Origin: Acidimicrobiia bacterium
GTDB lineage: Bacteria > Actinomycetota > Acidimicrobiia > Spongiisociales > ZC4RG35
DNA length: 64,000 nucleotides
Reading direction: 5' to 3'
NCBI GenBank assembly: GCA_965203555.1
Contig: CBDBCY010000004.1
Coordinates: forward strand, 2,496,001 to 2,560,000
A model generated the notes under the pieces. That model saw nothing but the letters and a program-made list of their open reading frames with translations. It was not told the origin of the DNA and searched no databases. Below, piece by piece: positions 18,551 to 28,272 of this stretch; within the stretch, counting starts at the first letter, position 1; the number at the start of each line of letters is the position of its first letter. Made by a program: the position numbers and the translations under genes.

Positions 18551-19487
18551 TCCGCCCCCGAGTGACGGCTTTGAGGTACAGGTGGACGTAACGGCGCAGC
18601 AATCTCATTGATCCGGCCTTTCGCGTCCCGCCGAGTATCTCGAAGCCGGCCGCTCCGATGGCGTCAAGTCCCGCCAGGCCTCCCGCTACGAAGCCGGCGA
18701 CGGCAAGACGAGCATATCCGCGAAGCGACGCCGCCAACCACCGTCCCCTTTCAAGCATCTCTCGGGCGCGGGCTGCCTCGTACTCCACCAGGCGCCTGAG
18801 GTCAGGTCCCGCCTCCGGGGCCGTCAGATCCTCGAACGTGCACCCAAATCGATTCATATCGTCGGCCGGCAGGTAGACCCGGCCGGCACGGGCGTCTTCG
18901 CCCACATCCTGGAGGTGCTCCAGCACCTGTAACCCACTGCACACGGCGTCGGAAGCAGCCAGACGATCGGGCGTGGCCGACTCGAAGACCGCCAGCACCA
19001 GTTGGCCCACCGGATTGGCGGACAGTTCGCAGTACTCCATCAATTCTTCCCAGTTGGCATAGGCTGCCTTGTGCTGATCCAAGCGGTTCGCAGCCAGCAA
19101 TCTGTCAAACGGCGTTCGGGGCAATCCGAAACGGGACACCGTGGGCGCCAGTCGGCGGAAGACCGGATGGGCGGGCGCCCCGGCGAACAGAGCGTCCAAC
19201 TCGCCCTCCAGCCAGTCCAGCGCCGCCGAGCGATCTCCGGGATACTCGTCTCCGAGGTTGTCGGCGAGTCGCGCATAGCCGTAGATGGCCCTCAGGTGAC
19301 CTTGGAGGTGGGTCGGCAGCACTCTCAGGGCAACCGGAAAATTCTCCAGTGCCGCGCGGGCCATGACGACGTCCGGTTCTGCAGTGTCGGCAAGAGTCTC
19401 GACGGGCGCGCCCGGGTCTTCTGCCGAGGGAGTTTCCACCGCGGGATTTAGATTGGCTGGTCTCTGATTGAACACCGCACCCCTCAC
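18543..19487 (-). CDS. hpnC: Hydroxysqualene synthase
   Basis: ENFPVALRVLP, YCELSANPVG, QDVGED...GRVYLP. Start position uncertain. Confidence 0.9.
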   Translation of the reverse strand: MRGAVFNQRPANLNPAVETPSAEDPGAPVETLADTAEPDVVMARAALENFPVALRVLPTHLQGHLRAIYGYARLADNLGDEYPGDRSAALDWLEGELDALFAGAPAHPVFRRLAPTVSRFGLPRTPFDRLLAANRLDQHKAAYANWEELMEYCELSANPVGQLVLAVFESATPDRLAASDAVCSGLQVLEHLQDVGEDARAGRVYLPADDMNRFGCTFEDLTAPEAGPDLRRLVEYEAARAREMLERGRWLAASLRGYARLAVAGFVAGGLAGLDAIGAAGFEILGGTRKAGSMRLLRRYVHLYLKAVTRGRNG

Positions 19488-19767
19488 CCTGGCAGATGCT
19501 GTGGGCTGTATCGAAGGTCGCTCTCTGAGAGCACCAACAACAATAGTGGAAGGGGCGGCCGGGCCAGGGCCTGGCGAGATCTCCGGCAGTGGAGGGCGCC
19601 TCCTTGCGCCAAGGCTGCGTTACTTTGCCGGCGTTCCTCCGGTCGGCAAGCTTCGACAGTCCCGCCGGTCCATATATTCTGAGCCGAAAGGTTCGGCGCA
19701 TCGGGGGTCACGGCGGCTTCGAGGTTTTGTTTTGACGGTTCACCGGGCGCCTGACCCAAAGGTTGAA

Positions 19768-20436
19768 ATGAAGATCTCGATCATCACCATCTTTCCCGGC
19801 TACTTTCCACAGGCTCTTGAGGTGGGGATCCTGGGCCGGGCGCGGGGGTCTGGGCTGCTGGAGGTGAATCTGATCGACCTGAGGGACTACGCGGAGGGGG
19901 GACACCGGGCGGTGGACGACGCTCCCTTCGGCGGCGGGCCGGGGATGGTGATGATGCCTGCGCCGTTGGCTCGGGCGCTGGATCCGTTGGAAGGCGCCCA
20001 CCGAGTGCTGTTTGCCCCCGTGGGTAAGCGTCTGGACCAGTCCATGTTGGACCGGTGGTCGAAGCTGGAGCATCTCGTTTTGGTCTGCGGACGCTACGAG
20101 GGAGTGGACGAGCGGATTGCCGAACACTTCATCGATGAGGAGGTGTCGGTGGGTGACGTCGTGCTGGCGGGAGGAGAGGTGGCGGCTCTGCTGGTGTTGG
20201 AAGGCGTCGTGCGTTTGCTGCCCGAGGCAGTGGGTAATCCCTGCTCGGTGGTGTTCGAGTCTTTCCGGGGCGGTCTGCTGGAAGAACCGGTTTACACTCG
20301 GCCGGCGACCTTCAGGGGATGGTCGGTTCCTCATGTGCTTCTCTCGGGGGACCACCAGCGAATAGCCGATTGGAGGCAGGCTCAGCGGGAGGAGCGTACC
20401 CGCACCCGGCGTCCCGACTTGTGGCAAGGGAAATAA
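19768..20436 (+). CDS. trmD: tRNA (guanine-N1)-methyltransferase
   Basis: [29 protein letters not shown]. Confidence 0.97.
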   Translation: MKISIITIFPGYFPQALEVGILGRARGSGLLEVNLIDLRDYAEGGHRAVDDAPFGGGPGMVMMPAPLARALDPLEGAHRVLFAPVGKRLDQSMLDRWSKLEHLVLVCGRYEGVDERIAEHFIDEEVSVGDVVLAGGEVAALLVLEGVVRLLPEAVGNPCSVVFESFRGGLLEEPVYTRPATFRGWSVPHVLLSGDHQRIADWRQAQREERTRTRRPDLWQGK

Positions 20437-20513
20437 GCCTACGAAATGGTGATAGAATGGTGTTTGACGGTACGTCCCCACTTTCTCTTCACCCAGATAT
20501 CACAGGTTGCACC

Positions 20514-20858
20514 ATGAATGACATCCAGATGCTTGAACAAGAATATCTTCGGGAGGATGTACCCGAATTCAGGCCGGGAGACACGGTAAGGGTTCATGTG
20601 AGGGTGATGGAAGCCGGCCGGGAGAGAATCCAGGTCTTCGAGGGAGTGGTGATGGGACGAAGCGGAGGAGGACTGCAGGAGACCTTCACGGTTCGCAAGA
20701 TCAGTTTCGGGATAGGGGTGGAGCGCATCTTCCCGATTCACGCCCCAATCGTCAGCAGGATCGAAGTACGCCGCAAGGGACTGGTCCGCAGAGCAAAACT
20801 GCATTACCTGCGGGGTCGTTCCGGCAAGTCGGCGCGTATCAAAGAGAGACGCGACTGA
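20514..20858 (+). CDS. rplS: 50S ribosomal protein L19
   Basis: [36 protein letters not shown]. Confidence 0.98.
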   Translation: MNDIQMLEQEYLREDVPEFRPGDTVRVHVRVMEAGRERIQVFEGVVMGRSGGGLQETFTVRKISFGIGVERIFPIHAPIVSRIEVRRKGLVRRAKLHYLRGRSGKSARIKERRD

Positions 20859-20977
20859 CCAACCTTCCACCTGAGAGTCCTCTCACAACTCCGGGAAAGG
20901 GACCGTCGGAGGGGCAGTCCGCCAGCGATGGTCTTCCAGTTTCGACACGGCGCCGGAGGCGTCCGCTGCGGTCGGCG

Positions 20978-21541
20978 GTGGTGGAGATGGCCGTTTTGCT
21001 GGTGGGGGCGGTCATTCTGGCGGTGTTGATCAAGTCTCTGCTGATCCAACCTTTCGAAATCCCTTCCTCGTCCATGCACCCCACCCTCCAGGTGGGAGAT
21101 CGGGTTATGGTCTCCAAAATAAGCTATCTGTTCGGCGAACCCGGTCGGGGAGACGTGGTGGTTTTCTCGCCCCCGGGCCGTTTCCAACCAGATCGCAATG
21201 TCTTTGAAGTTGTCTGGCACGAGGTCCGGGAGGCGTTTGGCTGGTACGACATTTCCGAGGCGGATCTAATCAAAAGGGTTGTTGCCACGGGAGGGGATCG
21301 AGTCGAGATTCGCAGGGACGAGGTTTGGGTCAACGGTGACCTCTTGCATGAACCTTACCTGGGATCCTCCACCCAGGAGGAGATGTTCACCTTGGAAGTA
21401 GAGGAGGACCATCTTTTTCTGATGGGGGACCACCGCAGCAAATCCTCGGACAGCAGGGTCTTTGGAACGGTTCCCGAGGACAATGTGGTGGGCAAGGCCG
21501 TCTTCCGAATCTGGCCGTTTAATCGTCTGGGCGGTATCTAA
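20978..21541 (+). CDS. lepB: Signal peptidase I
   Basis: IPSSSMHPTL..GDR, LIKRV, GDHR..SSDSR. Confidence 0.95.
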   Translation: MVEMAVLLVGAVILAVLIKSLLIQPFEIPSSSMHPTLQVGDRVMVSKISYLFGEPGRGDVVVFSPPGRFQPDRNVFEVVWHEVREAFGWYDISEADLIKRVVATGGDRVEIRRDEVWVNGDLLHEPYLGSSTQEEMFTLEVEEDHLFLMGDHRSKSSDSRVFGTVPEDNVVGKAVFRIWPFNRLGGI

Positions 21542-21627
21542 GAGAGTTCCCTGGGCAAGGCTCCGGCGAGCCGGATGCCACGTGGGAGAAGGGTCGCCGG
21601 AAGTTCGTTCTCGTAAACTACCTGTCC

Positions 21628-24114
21628 ATGGCCCTTCCGATAAGACGAGCTTGTCGGCGCAGGCCCGTGAGAGTCCGCCGGATCCTGTCGGTCGCCATGG
21701 TCTTCGCAGTGGCTACAGTGGTTGCTTTCGCCGTCTCCCCCGGCTCCGCCCGGGCTCGGTCTGACGCGAGTGGTGCGGTTGCGGGGTCAGCGGAGCACAT
21801 CGTTGTTCAGAACGTCGGTACGAGGACGACCTGCCAGGCATCGACTTTGGGGGCCTTCAAGCTGCTGTGTGACCTCTATGACCTGATAACCAGTCACTAC
21901 TTAGGTACCGACACAGCCGCGCAGATGGCCTCGGACGCCGCCAAGGCCGTTCGCAACGCGGGGTTGGCGGCAATCACCGGGCCTCCTCCTGCCTGCCCGC
22001 TTCCGTCTTCGGAGTTCGAACAGGTTTGCAAGGAGATCGACAAAGCCGCCGACACGGCCGCCGCCGTGTGGGCTGCCGCCAAGGGAATCGTGAACGGGCT
22101 GAACCTGGGTTCCAACTTTTGGTTCACTCCCGCGGAATACCAGGTCTGGCGCGAGGGACGACAAGGCAAGCAGTCCAGATTCGGATTCGAGGCCGGTCTT
22201 CTGGACGGCGATGTTCCCTGCACCGCGCTATCTAACACGTGCCGACCGGTCGTTTTCGAGGTCCATCCAGGGAGCCCGGCCGAGACTGGAGGGCTGATGG
22301 TGGGCGACGTTCTGGTGGGGTGGAGCGCGCCGCTCTCGTCGTCGCTGAGTTGCTCGCGTTTGTTCACCATGGACCGAGTTGCGGTCGGCGCCACGGTGGA
22401 CTTCCAGGTCAAAAGGGGTTCCACCACCTCGACCGTTACGCTCCAAGCGGCCACTGTCTCGGCGCCGGTCGCCCGGGGCCATGTCGTCGACTCGAAAATC
22501 GGTTACTTGCGACTGGATGCCTTCTCCGACCCCGCGCCCGCTCAAGTCGAGTCGGTGTTGCAAGATCTGCTCAATGGAGGCGTCACCAGGTTGGTCTTGG
22601 ACCTGCGCGACAATCCGGGAGGGCTGGTGAGCGCATCGGTTCGAGTCGCCAACTTCTTCCTGGACGCCGACACGGTGGTGGCGAGATTTTATAGGGAAGG
22701 CAGTCAGAATGATCAGAGAACCACCGAACCCCCACTGGCGGCCGATCCCGATCTTCTGCAGATGGTGGTGGTAGCGAATGGGAGGAGCGCGTCCGGTTCG
22801 GAAGTAGTGATAGGCGCCCTGTCGGATCACGATCGGGCGACCTTGGTGGGAAAGGCGACTTACGGCAAGTTCACCGGTCAGGTGGATGTCCAACTCAAGG
22901 ACGAGAACAACAACCCGGTGGGGGTGGTGTTTCTGACGACGTCCCGATGGACGACTCCACTGGGGCGAAGCGCGCAGGGAGGACTTCGCCCCGATGCGGA
23001 TTTGGATCTGCCCCTGTGCCTGCATCCCGACGAGGTGGCCCGGCGGGCGGTGAGGGTCGCCGACCGGCCACCGGTGATAAGCGGTCCGGGCAACCTGGCC
23101 TATGTGCAGGGCCGAACCGACGCCGTTGCCGCCTACACGGCGCGGGATCCGGAAGGGCGATCGGTCGTATGGTCCCTGGGAGGTCCGGATGTGGATGATC
23201 TCAGCATTACGCAGACGGGTGTTTTGACTTTCGTCTACCCGCCCGACCGGGATTACCCCGACGATGCCGACGGGGACAATGTCTATCGGGTGACGTTGCA
23301 GGTCTCGGACGGTTTCAACGTCGCCACCCGGGATGTGACGGTCAGGGTCACCACCCGACCTCCCCCTCCGCCGACCAACAATGGCGGCGGCGGAGGCAAT
23401 GGCGGCGGCGGAGGCAATGGCGGCGGAGGCAATGGCGGTGGTGGTGGGCCTGGTGATGGTGGTGGCGGGCCTGGTGATGGTGGTGGCGGGGTGGATGTGG
23501 CGCCTGTGCGTGCTTCTGATCTGTTCGAGGATGTCCGGTCGGGGGTGTGGTACGAGTCGGCGGTGTCGTGGATGATCTCCCAGGAGATCACCCGCGGTTG
23601 TTCTGCGACCATGTTCTGTCCCGACGAGAACCTCACCCGTGAACAGTTCGTGACGTTTTTGTGGAGAGCGGCCGGTCAGCCGGCGTCCGAGTATTCGGGT
23701 TCCGATGCGTTTGCCGACGTCGAGGAGGGGGTCTATTCCGATCAGGCGATCGGATGGGCGGTTTCTGCGGGGGTGACCAGGGGATGCACGGAGGGATCTC
23801 TTGGTGACGAGGGCTGGAAGTTCTGCCCCGGGCAGTCGGTTACCCGTGGTCAGATGGCCGCCTTGCTGTACCGGCACACCGAGGCCGTGTATGTGGCGCC
23901 GGTCAGGTACGAGGACGTGGATCCGGACAGCTTCTACGCGGACGGCGTGGCGTGGTTGCACGATTTTGAGGTGGTGTCGGGTTGTGGGAGTAATGTTTTC
24001 TGTCCCGACCGGGACGCCACCCGGGCGGAGGCGGCGGCGTTCATCAACGGGGTGGCGATCCGTCCCTACATTTGGGGCCCGGGCAACCAATCATTCATAC
24101 CCTCCCTCAGCTGA
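21628..24114 (+). CDS. Secreted S41 (CtpA-like) protease with PDZ, cadherin-like repeat, Gly-rich linker and SLH-like domains
   Basis: Signal peptide; GSPAE.GGL.GD PDZ; DLRDNPGG, SASGSE, TYGK catalytic motifs; DPEG..WSL...DGDNVY.VT..VSDG cadherin-like unit; three FEDV/GC..FCP...TR SLH-like repeats. Confidence 0.85.
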   Translation: MALPIRRACRRRPVRVRRILSVAMVFAVATVVAFAVSPGSARARSDASGAVAGSAEHIVVQNVGTRTTCQASTLGAFKLLCDLYDLITSHYLGTDTAAQMASDAAKAVRNAGLAAITGPPPACPLPSSEFEQVCKEIDKAADTAAAVWAAAKGIVNGLNLGSNFWFTPAEYQVWREGRQGKQSRFGFEAGLLDGDVPCTALSNTCRPVVFEVHPGSPAETGGLMVGDVLVGWSAPLSSSLSCSRLFTMDRVAVGATVDFQVKRGSTTSTVTLQAATVSAPVARGHVVDSKIGYLRLDAFSDPAPAQVESVLQDLLNGGVTRLVLDLRDNPGGLVSASVRVANFFLDADTVVARFYREGSQNDQRTTEPPLAADPDLLQMVVVANGRSASGSEVVIGALSDHDRATLVGKATYGKFTGQVDVQLKDENNNPVGVVFLTTSRWTTPLGRSAQGGLRPDADLDLPLCLHPDEVARRAVRVADRPPVISGPGNLAYVQGRTDAVAAYTARDPEGRSVVWSLGGPDVDDLSITQTGVLTFVYPPDRDYPDDADGDNVYRVTLQVSDGFNVATRDVTVRVTTRPPPPPTNNGGGGGNGGGGGNGGGGNGGGGGPGDGGGGPGDGGGGVDVAPVRASDLFEDVRSGVWYESAVSWMISQEITRGCSATMFCPDENLTREQFVTFLWRAAGQPASEYSGSDAFADVEEGVYSDQAIGWAVSAGVTRGCTEGSLGDEGWKFCPGQSVTRGQMAALLYRHTEAVYVAPVRYEDVDPDSFYADGVAWLHDFEVVSGCGSNVFCPDRDATRAEAAAFINGVAIRPYIWGPGNQSFIPSLS
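23380..23490 (+). repeat. Coding tandem repeats (NGGGGG/NGGGG and PGDGGGG units)
   Basis: Repeated aatggcggcgg(cgg)aggc and gggcctggtgatggtggt units seen directly. Confidence 0.9.
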
Positions 24115-24178
24115 AACGGGGCGAAGGTACGGGGGGCTGACAGCCGTCCCGTCAAACCCCAAAAGGATTCCGGCTGCT

Positions 24179-24200
24179 TGTCACACGGACGCCGCATCCT
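24179..24200 (+). promoter_or_regulatory. TGTCAC-N10-CATCCT promoter motif (PafBC/RecA-NDp-like) before a leaderless yraN
   Basis: tgtcac acggacgccg catcct ggtgaag ATG; similar motifs at 12173, 25586, 43269(-) and 45368(-). Confidence 0.5.
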
Positions 24201-24207
24201 GGTGAAG

Positions 24208-24570
24208 ATGATCAGTGCAAAGGGCCGTCCGCCTCGCAAAACAACCGGCGAGATGGCCGAGACCCTGGCGGTCCGCTTCCTGGAAGGCAGGGGGTATCCG
24301 GTGCTCGCCCGTAATCTGAGGGTCGGCAGGGGGGAGATAGATATCCTGGCCCGGATCGACGGCGAGAGGACGGTTGTGGAAGTGAGGAGTCGATGGGCGT
24401 TGGGCGTGAAGTGGCCCACCGATCCGCTGGAGGCCTTCGACGCGGCCAAGGCGCAGCAGGTCAAAAGACTTGCTTCCCTGCCTCCGGCCCGGACATCAAG
24501 GGTCGACCTGATCGCGGTCCGCTTCCACGATCGGGGGGTGGAGCTTCACTGGACGCCGCGGGTGGTTTGA
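24208..24570 (+). CDS. yraN: YraN-family (UPF0102) nuclease-fold protein
   Basis: GEMAE.LA..FL...GY.VLARN.R...GEIDI.A...VEVR. Confidence 0.88.
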   Translation: MISAKGRPPRKTTGEMAETLAVRFLEGRGYPVLARNLRVGRGEIDILARIDGERTVVEVRSRWALGVKWPTDPLEAFDAAKAQQVKRLASLPPARTSRVDLIAVRFHDRGVELHWTPRVV

Positions 24571-24572
24571 CT

Positions 24573-24686
24573 TTAGCCGGCGAACAACGCCCACAGAACC
24601 GCCGCGATTATCACCGCCAAGGCGGCGGCCACCATAACGATGTCAGCGGTGGTCTTGCGGTGAGGTCGGAAAGGATTGAAGCCCAT
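24573..24686 (-). CDS. Small (37 aa) single-pass membrane protein
   Basis: Below the ORF-track cutoff: MGFNPFRPHRKTTADIVMVAAALAVIIAAVLWALFAG*; fills the yraN-enoyl-CoA hydratase gap. Confidence 0.6.
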   Translation of the reverse strand: MGFNPFRPHRKTTADIVMVAAALAVIIAAVLWALFAG

Positions 24687-24728
24687 CTTTGTTCCCAAGG
24701 TAGCGCCGCCCTTTACTCTATGGGAGTT

Positions 24729-25505
24729 ATGTGGCTGGAAATTGAAGATCGGGGACCGGTGCGGTGGCTATGGCTGAATCGGCCTCATCGCCGCAACGCC
24801 ATACCTCCGCAGGGATGGAGAGAGTTGCAGCAGGCATTCGGGGAATTCGAGCGGTCGGCGCAGCGGGTGCTGGTGATATCGGGACGAGATGGGGACTTTT
24901 GCGCCGGCGCCGATCTCGACCCTTCGGCCGGTCCTCGTTTCAGGGGAGTGGTGAACGCCCGGAGCCGCATGAAGGTGGTGGGGGAGACCGCGCTGGCTTT
25001 GCACAGGTTGAGCAAGCCCACGGTGGCGGCGGTGGACGGGGTGGCGGTCGGCGCCGGGATGAGTCTTGCCCTGGGATGCGACGTGGTGGTCGCCACCCAT
25101 AGGGCCCGGTTCTCGGCCATCTTCGCCCGGAGGGGACTTTCCTTGGACATGGGGCTTAGTTGGCTGCTTCCCCGGTTGGCCGGCGTCCAGTTCGCCAAGG
25201 AGGTGGCGCTGTCCGCACGGATGGTCTCCGCCGCCGAAGCGAAGGCGAGGAATCTGGTTTGGGATGTCGTTGATGAAGAACATCTTGAGGGGCGCGCATC
25301 GCTTTTGGCGGAAGGCTTTGCCCGGGGGGCGCCCGTGGCGCAGATGTTCATCAAACAGGGATTGAATCGATCCTGGGAACTCTCTTTGGAGGAGGCGACG
25401 GCCTGGGAGGGACAGGCCCAGTCGATCTGTCTGGGCACCGACGATCACCGGGAAGGGGTGGAAGCCTTCCTGGAGAAGCGGCCTCCCCGTTTCAGAGGTT
25501 GTTGA
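24729..25505 (+). CDS. Enoyl-CoA hydratase/isomerase family protein
   Basis: LNRP..RNA, FCAGADL, AVDGVAVGAG, DHREGVEAFLEKR.P.F. Confidence 0.92.
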   Translation: MWLEIEDRGPVRWLWLNRPHRRNAIPPQGWRELQQAFGEFERSAQRVLVISGRDGDFCAGADLDPSAGPRFRGVVNARSRMKVVGETALALHRLSKPTVAAVDGVAVGAGMSLALGCDVVVATHRARFSAIFARRGLSLDMGLSWLLPRLAGVQFAKEVALSARMVSAAEAKARNLVWDVVDEEHLEGRASLLAEGFARGAPVAQMFIKQGLNRSWELSLEEATAWEGQAQSICLGTDDHREGVEAFLEKRPPRFRGC

Positions 25506-25613
25506 CCAGGCCGGCCTGGATCTGCGGCGGCCTGTGATTTAAGCTGCTGACTCGCGCAAAAACCCTATCCAGCCACATTGACAATTGTGCAGAGCCCTGC
25601 GCAAGGTGGGGTG

Positions 25614-27080
25614 ATGAACACCATGATTCTCTCGGCGGCGATGATCGGGGTGGCGCCACGACCGGTGAGCGTGGAAGTGCACTTGGGCAGGACGAATTCC
25701 AAGTTCGGTCTGGTGGGCCTGCCTGACACGGCGGTGAGAGAGGCCCAATTCCGGGTAAAGGCGGCCATGGCGTCATCGGGATACGAGATGCCCCGCAGCG
25801 AAGTGACAGTGAACCTGGCGCCTGCGGATCTCCCAAAGGCCGGCTCAGCCTTTGATCTGCCCATTGCGCTGGGAGTGCTGCTGGCCGACGGGAAGACTTC
25901 GATGGGACATCCGGGGGTGGTGGCGGTGGGCGAGTTGGCCCTGGACGGTCGGGTACGACCCTCCAGGGGCGTCCTGGCGGCTGCCATGGTGGCCGGCCGG
26001 AGAGGTATACCCTGCCTGGTTCCCCGAGAAGTCATGTCGGAGGCGGCCCTGGTGCCCGAGGTGGAATTGTTCGGGGTGGAAAGGCTGTCAGACGCCTTGC
26101 GAGCCCTGGAGGGGAGCGTCGAACCGGCCGCGCCTTTATCGAGCAAGGTTCAGGTTGCGCCACTCCAGGACATGGCGGATGTCCGCGGGCAGGAACTGGC
26201 GAGGCGGGGGCTGGAGATCGCCGCGGCCGGTCGTCACCATCTGCTCATGTCGGGTCCTCCCGGCATGGGAAAGACGATGTTGGCCAAGCGACTGCCGGGA
26301 ATTCTTCCTCCGATGACCAAGTCCGAGGAGTTGGAGTCGGCTTGCGTGTGGGCGGCCGGTCACCGCGGACGACCGGTCTCGGTCCGACCTTTCCGGGCGC
26401 CCCATCACACCATCTCGCTGGTGGGACTTCTGGGAGGCGGCAGCGGCATTCCGGTGCCGGGAGATTTGTCGCTGGCCCACCATGGCGTGCTCTTTCTGGA
26501 TGAATTGGGGGAATATCCCGGCCATCTCATCGATGCTCTCCGCCAGCCTCTGGAGGAGGGGACGGTGACCATCACTCGCCGGGGGATTTCCACCACGTTT
26601 CCATGCCGGACCCTGGTGGTGGCGGCAACCAATCCATGTCCCTGTGGGTGGAAGAACGACACAGTCAAGCAGTGTCGGTGCTCACCGGCGGCGGCGGGGC
26701 GCTACCGGCGGCGTCTGTCGGGACCCTTGCTGGACCGCTTCGACATCCGGGTGTTCCTGGGACGAATCGAAACCGAAGAATTGACCGGTGCGCCCGGTGA
26801 AAGCAGCGCAGCAGTGAGGGATCGGGTGGAAAAGGCGCGGAAGATGCAGTACCCCCGAGGTGTGCTCAACGGAGATCTGTCCTCATCCGATCTTGATGCC
26901 CTGCCGTGGGAAAAGGGCGCCCGACGGGTGCTCTCCCATAACCTCGACCGGGGCAATCTCACCGGAAGGGGCTACGACCGGGTCCGACGGGTTTCGAGGA
27001 CACTTGCCGACCTGGAAGGATCCGAACAGGTACGAGATGTCCATGTTCTGGAAGCCCTTTCCTATCGGGCAAGCATTTGA
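25614..27080 (+). CDS. comM: YifB/ComM Mg-chelatase-like AAA+ ATPase
   Basis: VGLPDTAVRE, NLAPADLPK.GS.FDL, GPPGMGKT, PFRAPHH, LFLDE, SGPLLDRFD. Confidence 0.95.
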   Translation: MNTMILSAAMIGVAPRPVSVEVHLGRTNSKFGLVGLPDTAVREAQFRVKAAMASSGYEMPRSEVTVNLAPADLPKAGSAFDLPIALGVLLADGKTSMGHPGVVAVGELALDGRVRPSRGVLAAAMVAGRRGIPCLVPREVMSEAALVPEVELFGVERLSDALRALEGSVEPAAPLSSKVQVAPLQDMADVRGQELARRGLEIAAAGRHHLLMSGPPGMGKTMLAKRLPGILPPMTKSEELESACVWAAGHRGRPVSVRPFRAPHHTISLVGLLGGGSGIPVPGDLSLAHHGVLFLDELGEYPGHLIDALRQPLEEGTVTITRRGISTTFPCRTLVVAATNPCPCGWKNDTVKQCRCSPAAAGRYRRRLSGPLLDRFDIRVFLGRIETEELTGAPGESSAAVRDRVEKARKMQYPRGVLNGDLSSSDLDALPWEKGARRVLSHNLDRGNLTGRGYDRVRRVSRTLADLEGSEQVRDVHVLEALSYRASI

Positions 27081-28162
27081 GCGTGCCGCCGGGTCCCGGG
27101 CCCTACTTTCACCACCGTCTGCGGCTGGCCTATTCAGGTTTGCACCCCCAGAGAATCCACGCGCTGGTGGAAAGGACCGGTGACCCGGCAGGAGCAGTAC
27201 GGATGATCGAAACCGGGCGGGTCAAAACCAAACCGGCCGCTCAACAAGCGGTGAGTGTCCCTGCCGAGCAGCGCATCGAAGAACTGCAGTCGGCTGATGT
27301 GAGGGTGGTTCTGTTGGGCGCCGAGGAGTATCCGCCCTGGCTGGCCACCATCCCGGACCCGCCTGATTTGTTGTTTGTCAGAGGAAGGCTGCCGGTGCGG
27401 GCGGCAGTTGCGGTGGTGGGATCGCGGCGGGCCACCCGCTACGGACTGAATCTGGCCAAAACGATGGGCGCCGCGATGGGACGGCGAGGAGTGACAGTGG
27501 TGAGTGGATTGGCCCGAGGGATAGACGGAGCGGTTCACAGGGGAGTAGTGGATGCCGGCGGATGGGCAGTGGCGGTCTTGGGTTCGGGTCCCGACCGATG
27601 GTATCCGGTCAGCAATCGAAACCTGGGGGAGGCGTTGCTGGAAGGCGGCGGTGGGGTGGTTACCGAATACCCTCCCGGAACAGTCCCCGCGCCATGGCGA
27701 TTCCCGGTCCGCAACCGGATCATCACCGGCATGTCGCGGGTGGTGTTGGTGGTGGAGGCGGCCGTCGGGGGCGGGGCCCTGATCAGTGCGCGGTTGGGGC
27801 TGGAACAGGGCCGGGACGTGTTGGCTGTCCCGGGCGATATCGACCGGGCGACGTCCCGGGGTTGCAACGAACTGATCCGCGACGGCGCCATGCCGGTGCT
27901 GGGGACTGCGGAACTGCTGGAATTCCTGGAGATGGAAGGACTCCTCGGCGTCGCCGACCAGGATGTCGGGCGACTGCCTCTCGCCTCCGGGGAGCGCAAG
28001 GGCGATGAGCTGGAAGAGTCCATCGGGGAGTCGGGCGCCACCGTGGAGACATTGATCGAGCGGCTGGGGTGGCCCCTGTCCCAATTGCTGGTGAAAATCG
28101 GCCAACTGGAGTCCGAGGGCCGGGTGGTCAGGGAAGGTGGGACGATTCGCCTCAATGGTTGA
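27077..28162 (+). CDS. dprA: DNA-processing protein DprA (canonical locus)
   Basis: VVGSR, VSGLARGID, FPVRNRII, GCNELI; follows comM. Confidence 0.95.
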   Translation: MSVPPGPGPYFHHRLRLAYSGLHPQRIHALVERTGDPAGAVRMIETGRVKTKPAAQQAVSVPAEQRIEELQSADVRVVLLGAEEYPPWLATIPDPPDLLFVRGRLPVRAAVAVVGSRRATRYGLNLAKTMGAAMGRRGVTVVSGLARGIDGAVHRGVVDAGGWAVAVLGSGPDRWYPVSNRNLGEALLEGGGGVVTEYPPGTVPAPWRFPVRNRIITGMSRVVLVVEAAVGGGALISARLGLEQGRDVLAVPGDIDRATSRGCNELIRDGAMPVLGTAELLEFLEMEGLLGVADQDVGRLPLASGERKGDELEESIGESGATVETLIERLGWPLSQLLVKIGQLESEGRVVREGGTIRLNG

Positions 28163-28272
28163 ATGACAGGCCGAGTAGCTTGGCCTCGCTTCCGCCTAAC
28201 TGGTCGGTGGCAATCGGCGCCACGACCGGAAAATCCCTGCCTGAGGACACCGGGATTTCATAGCATGAGAGA

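Noticed and set aside
23380-23490. Short repeats as a CRISPR array or phase-variation tract
   Set aside because: They are in-frame Gly-coding units without unique spacers. No cas genes or CRISPR array were seen in the window.
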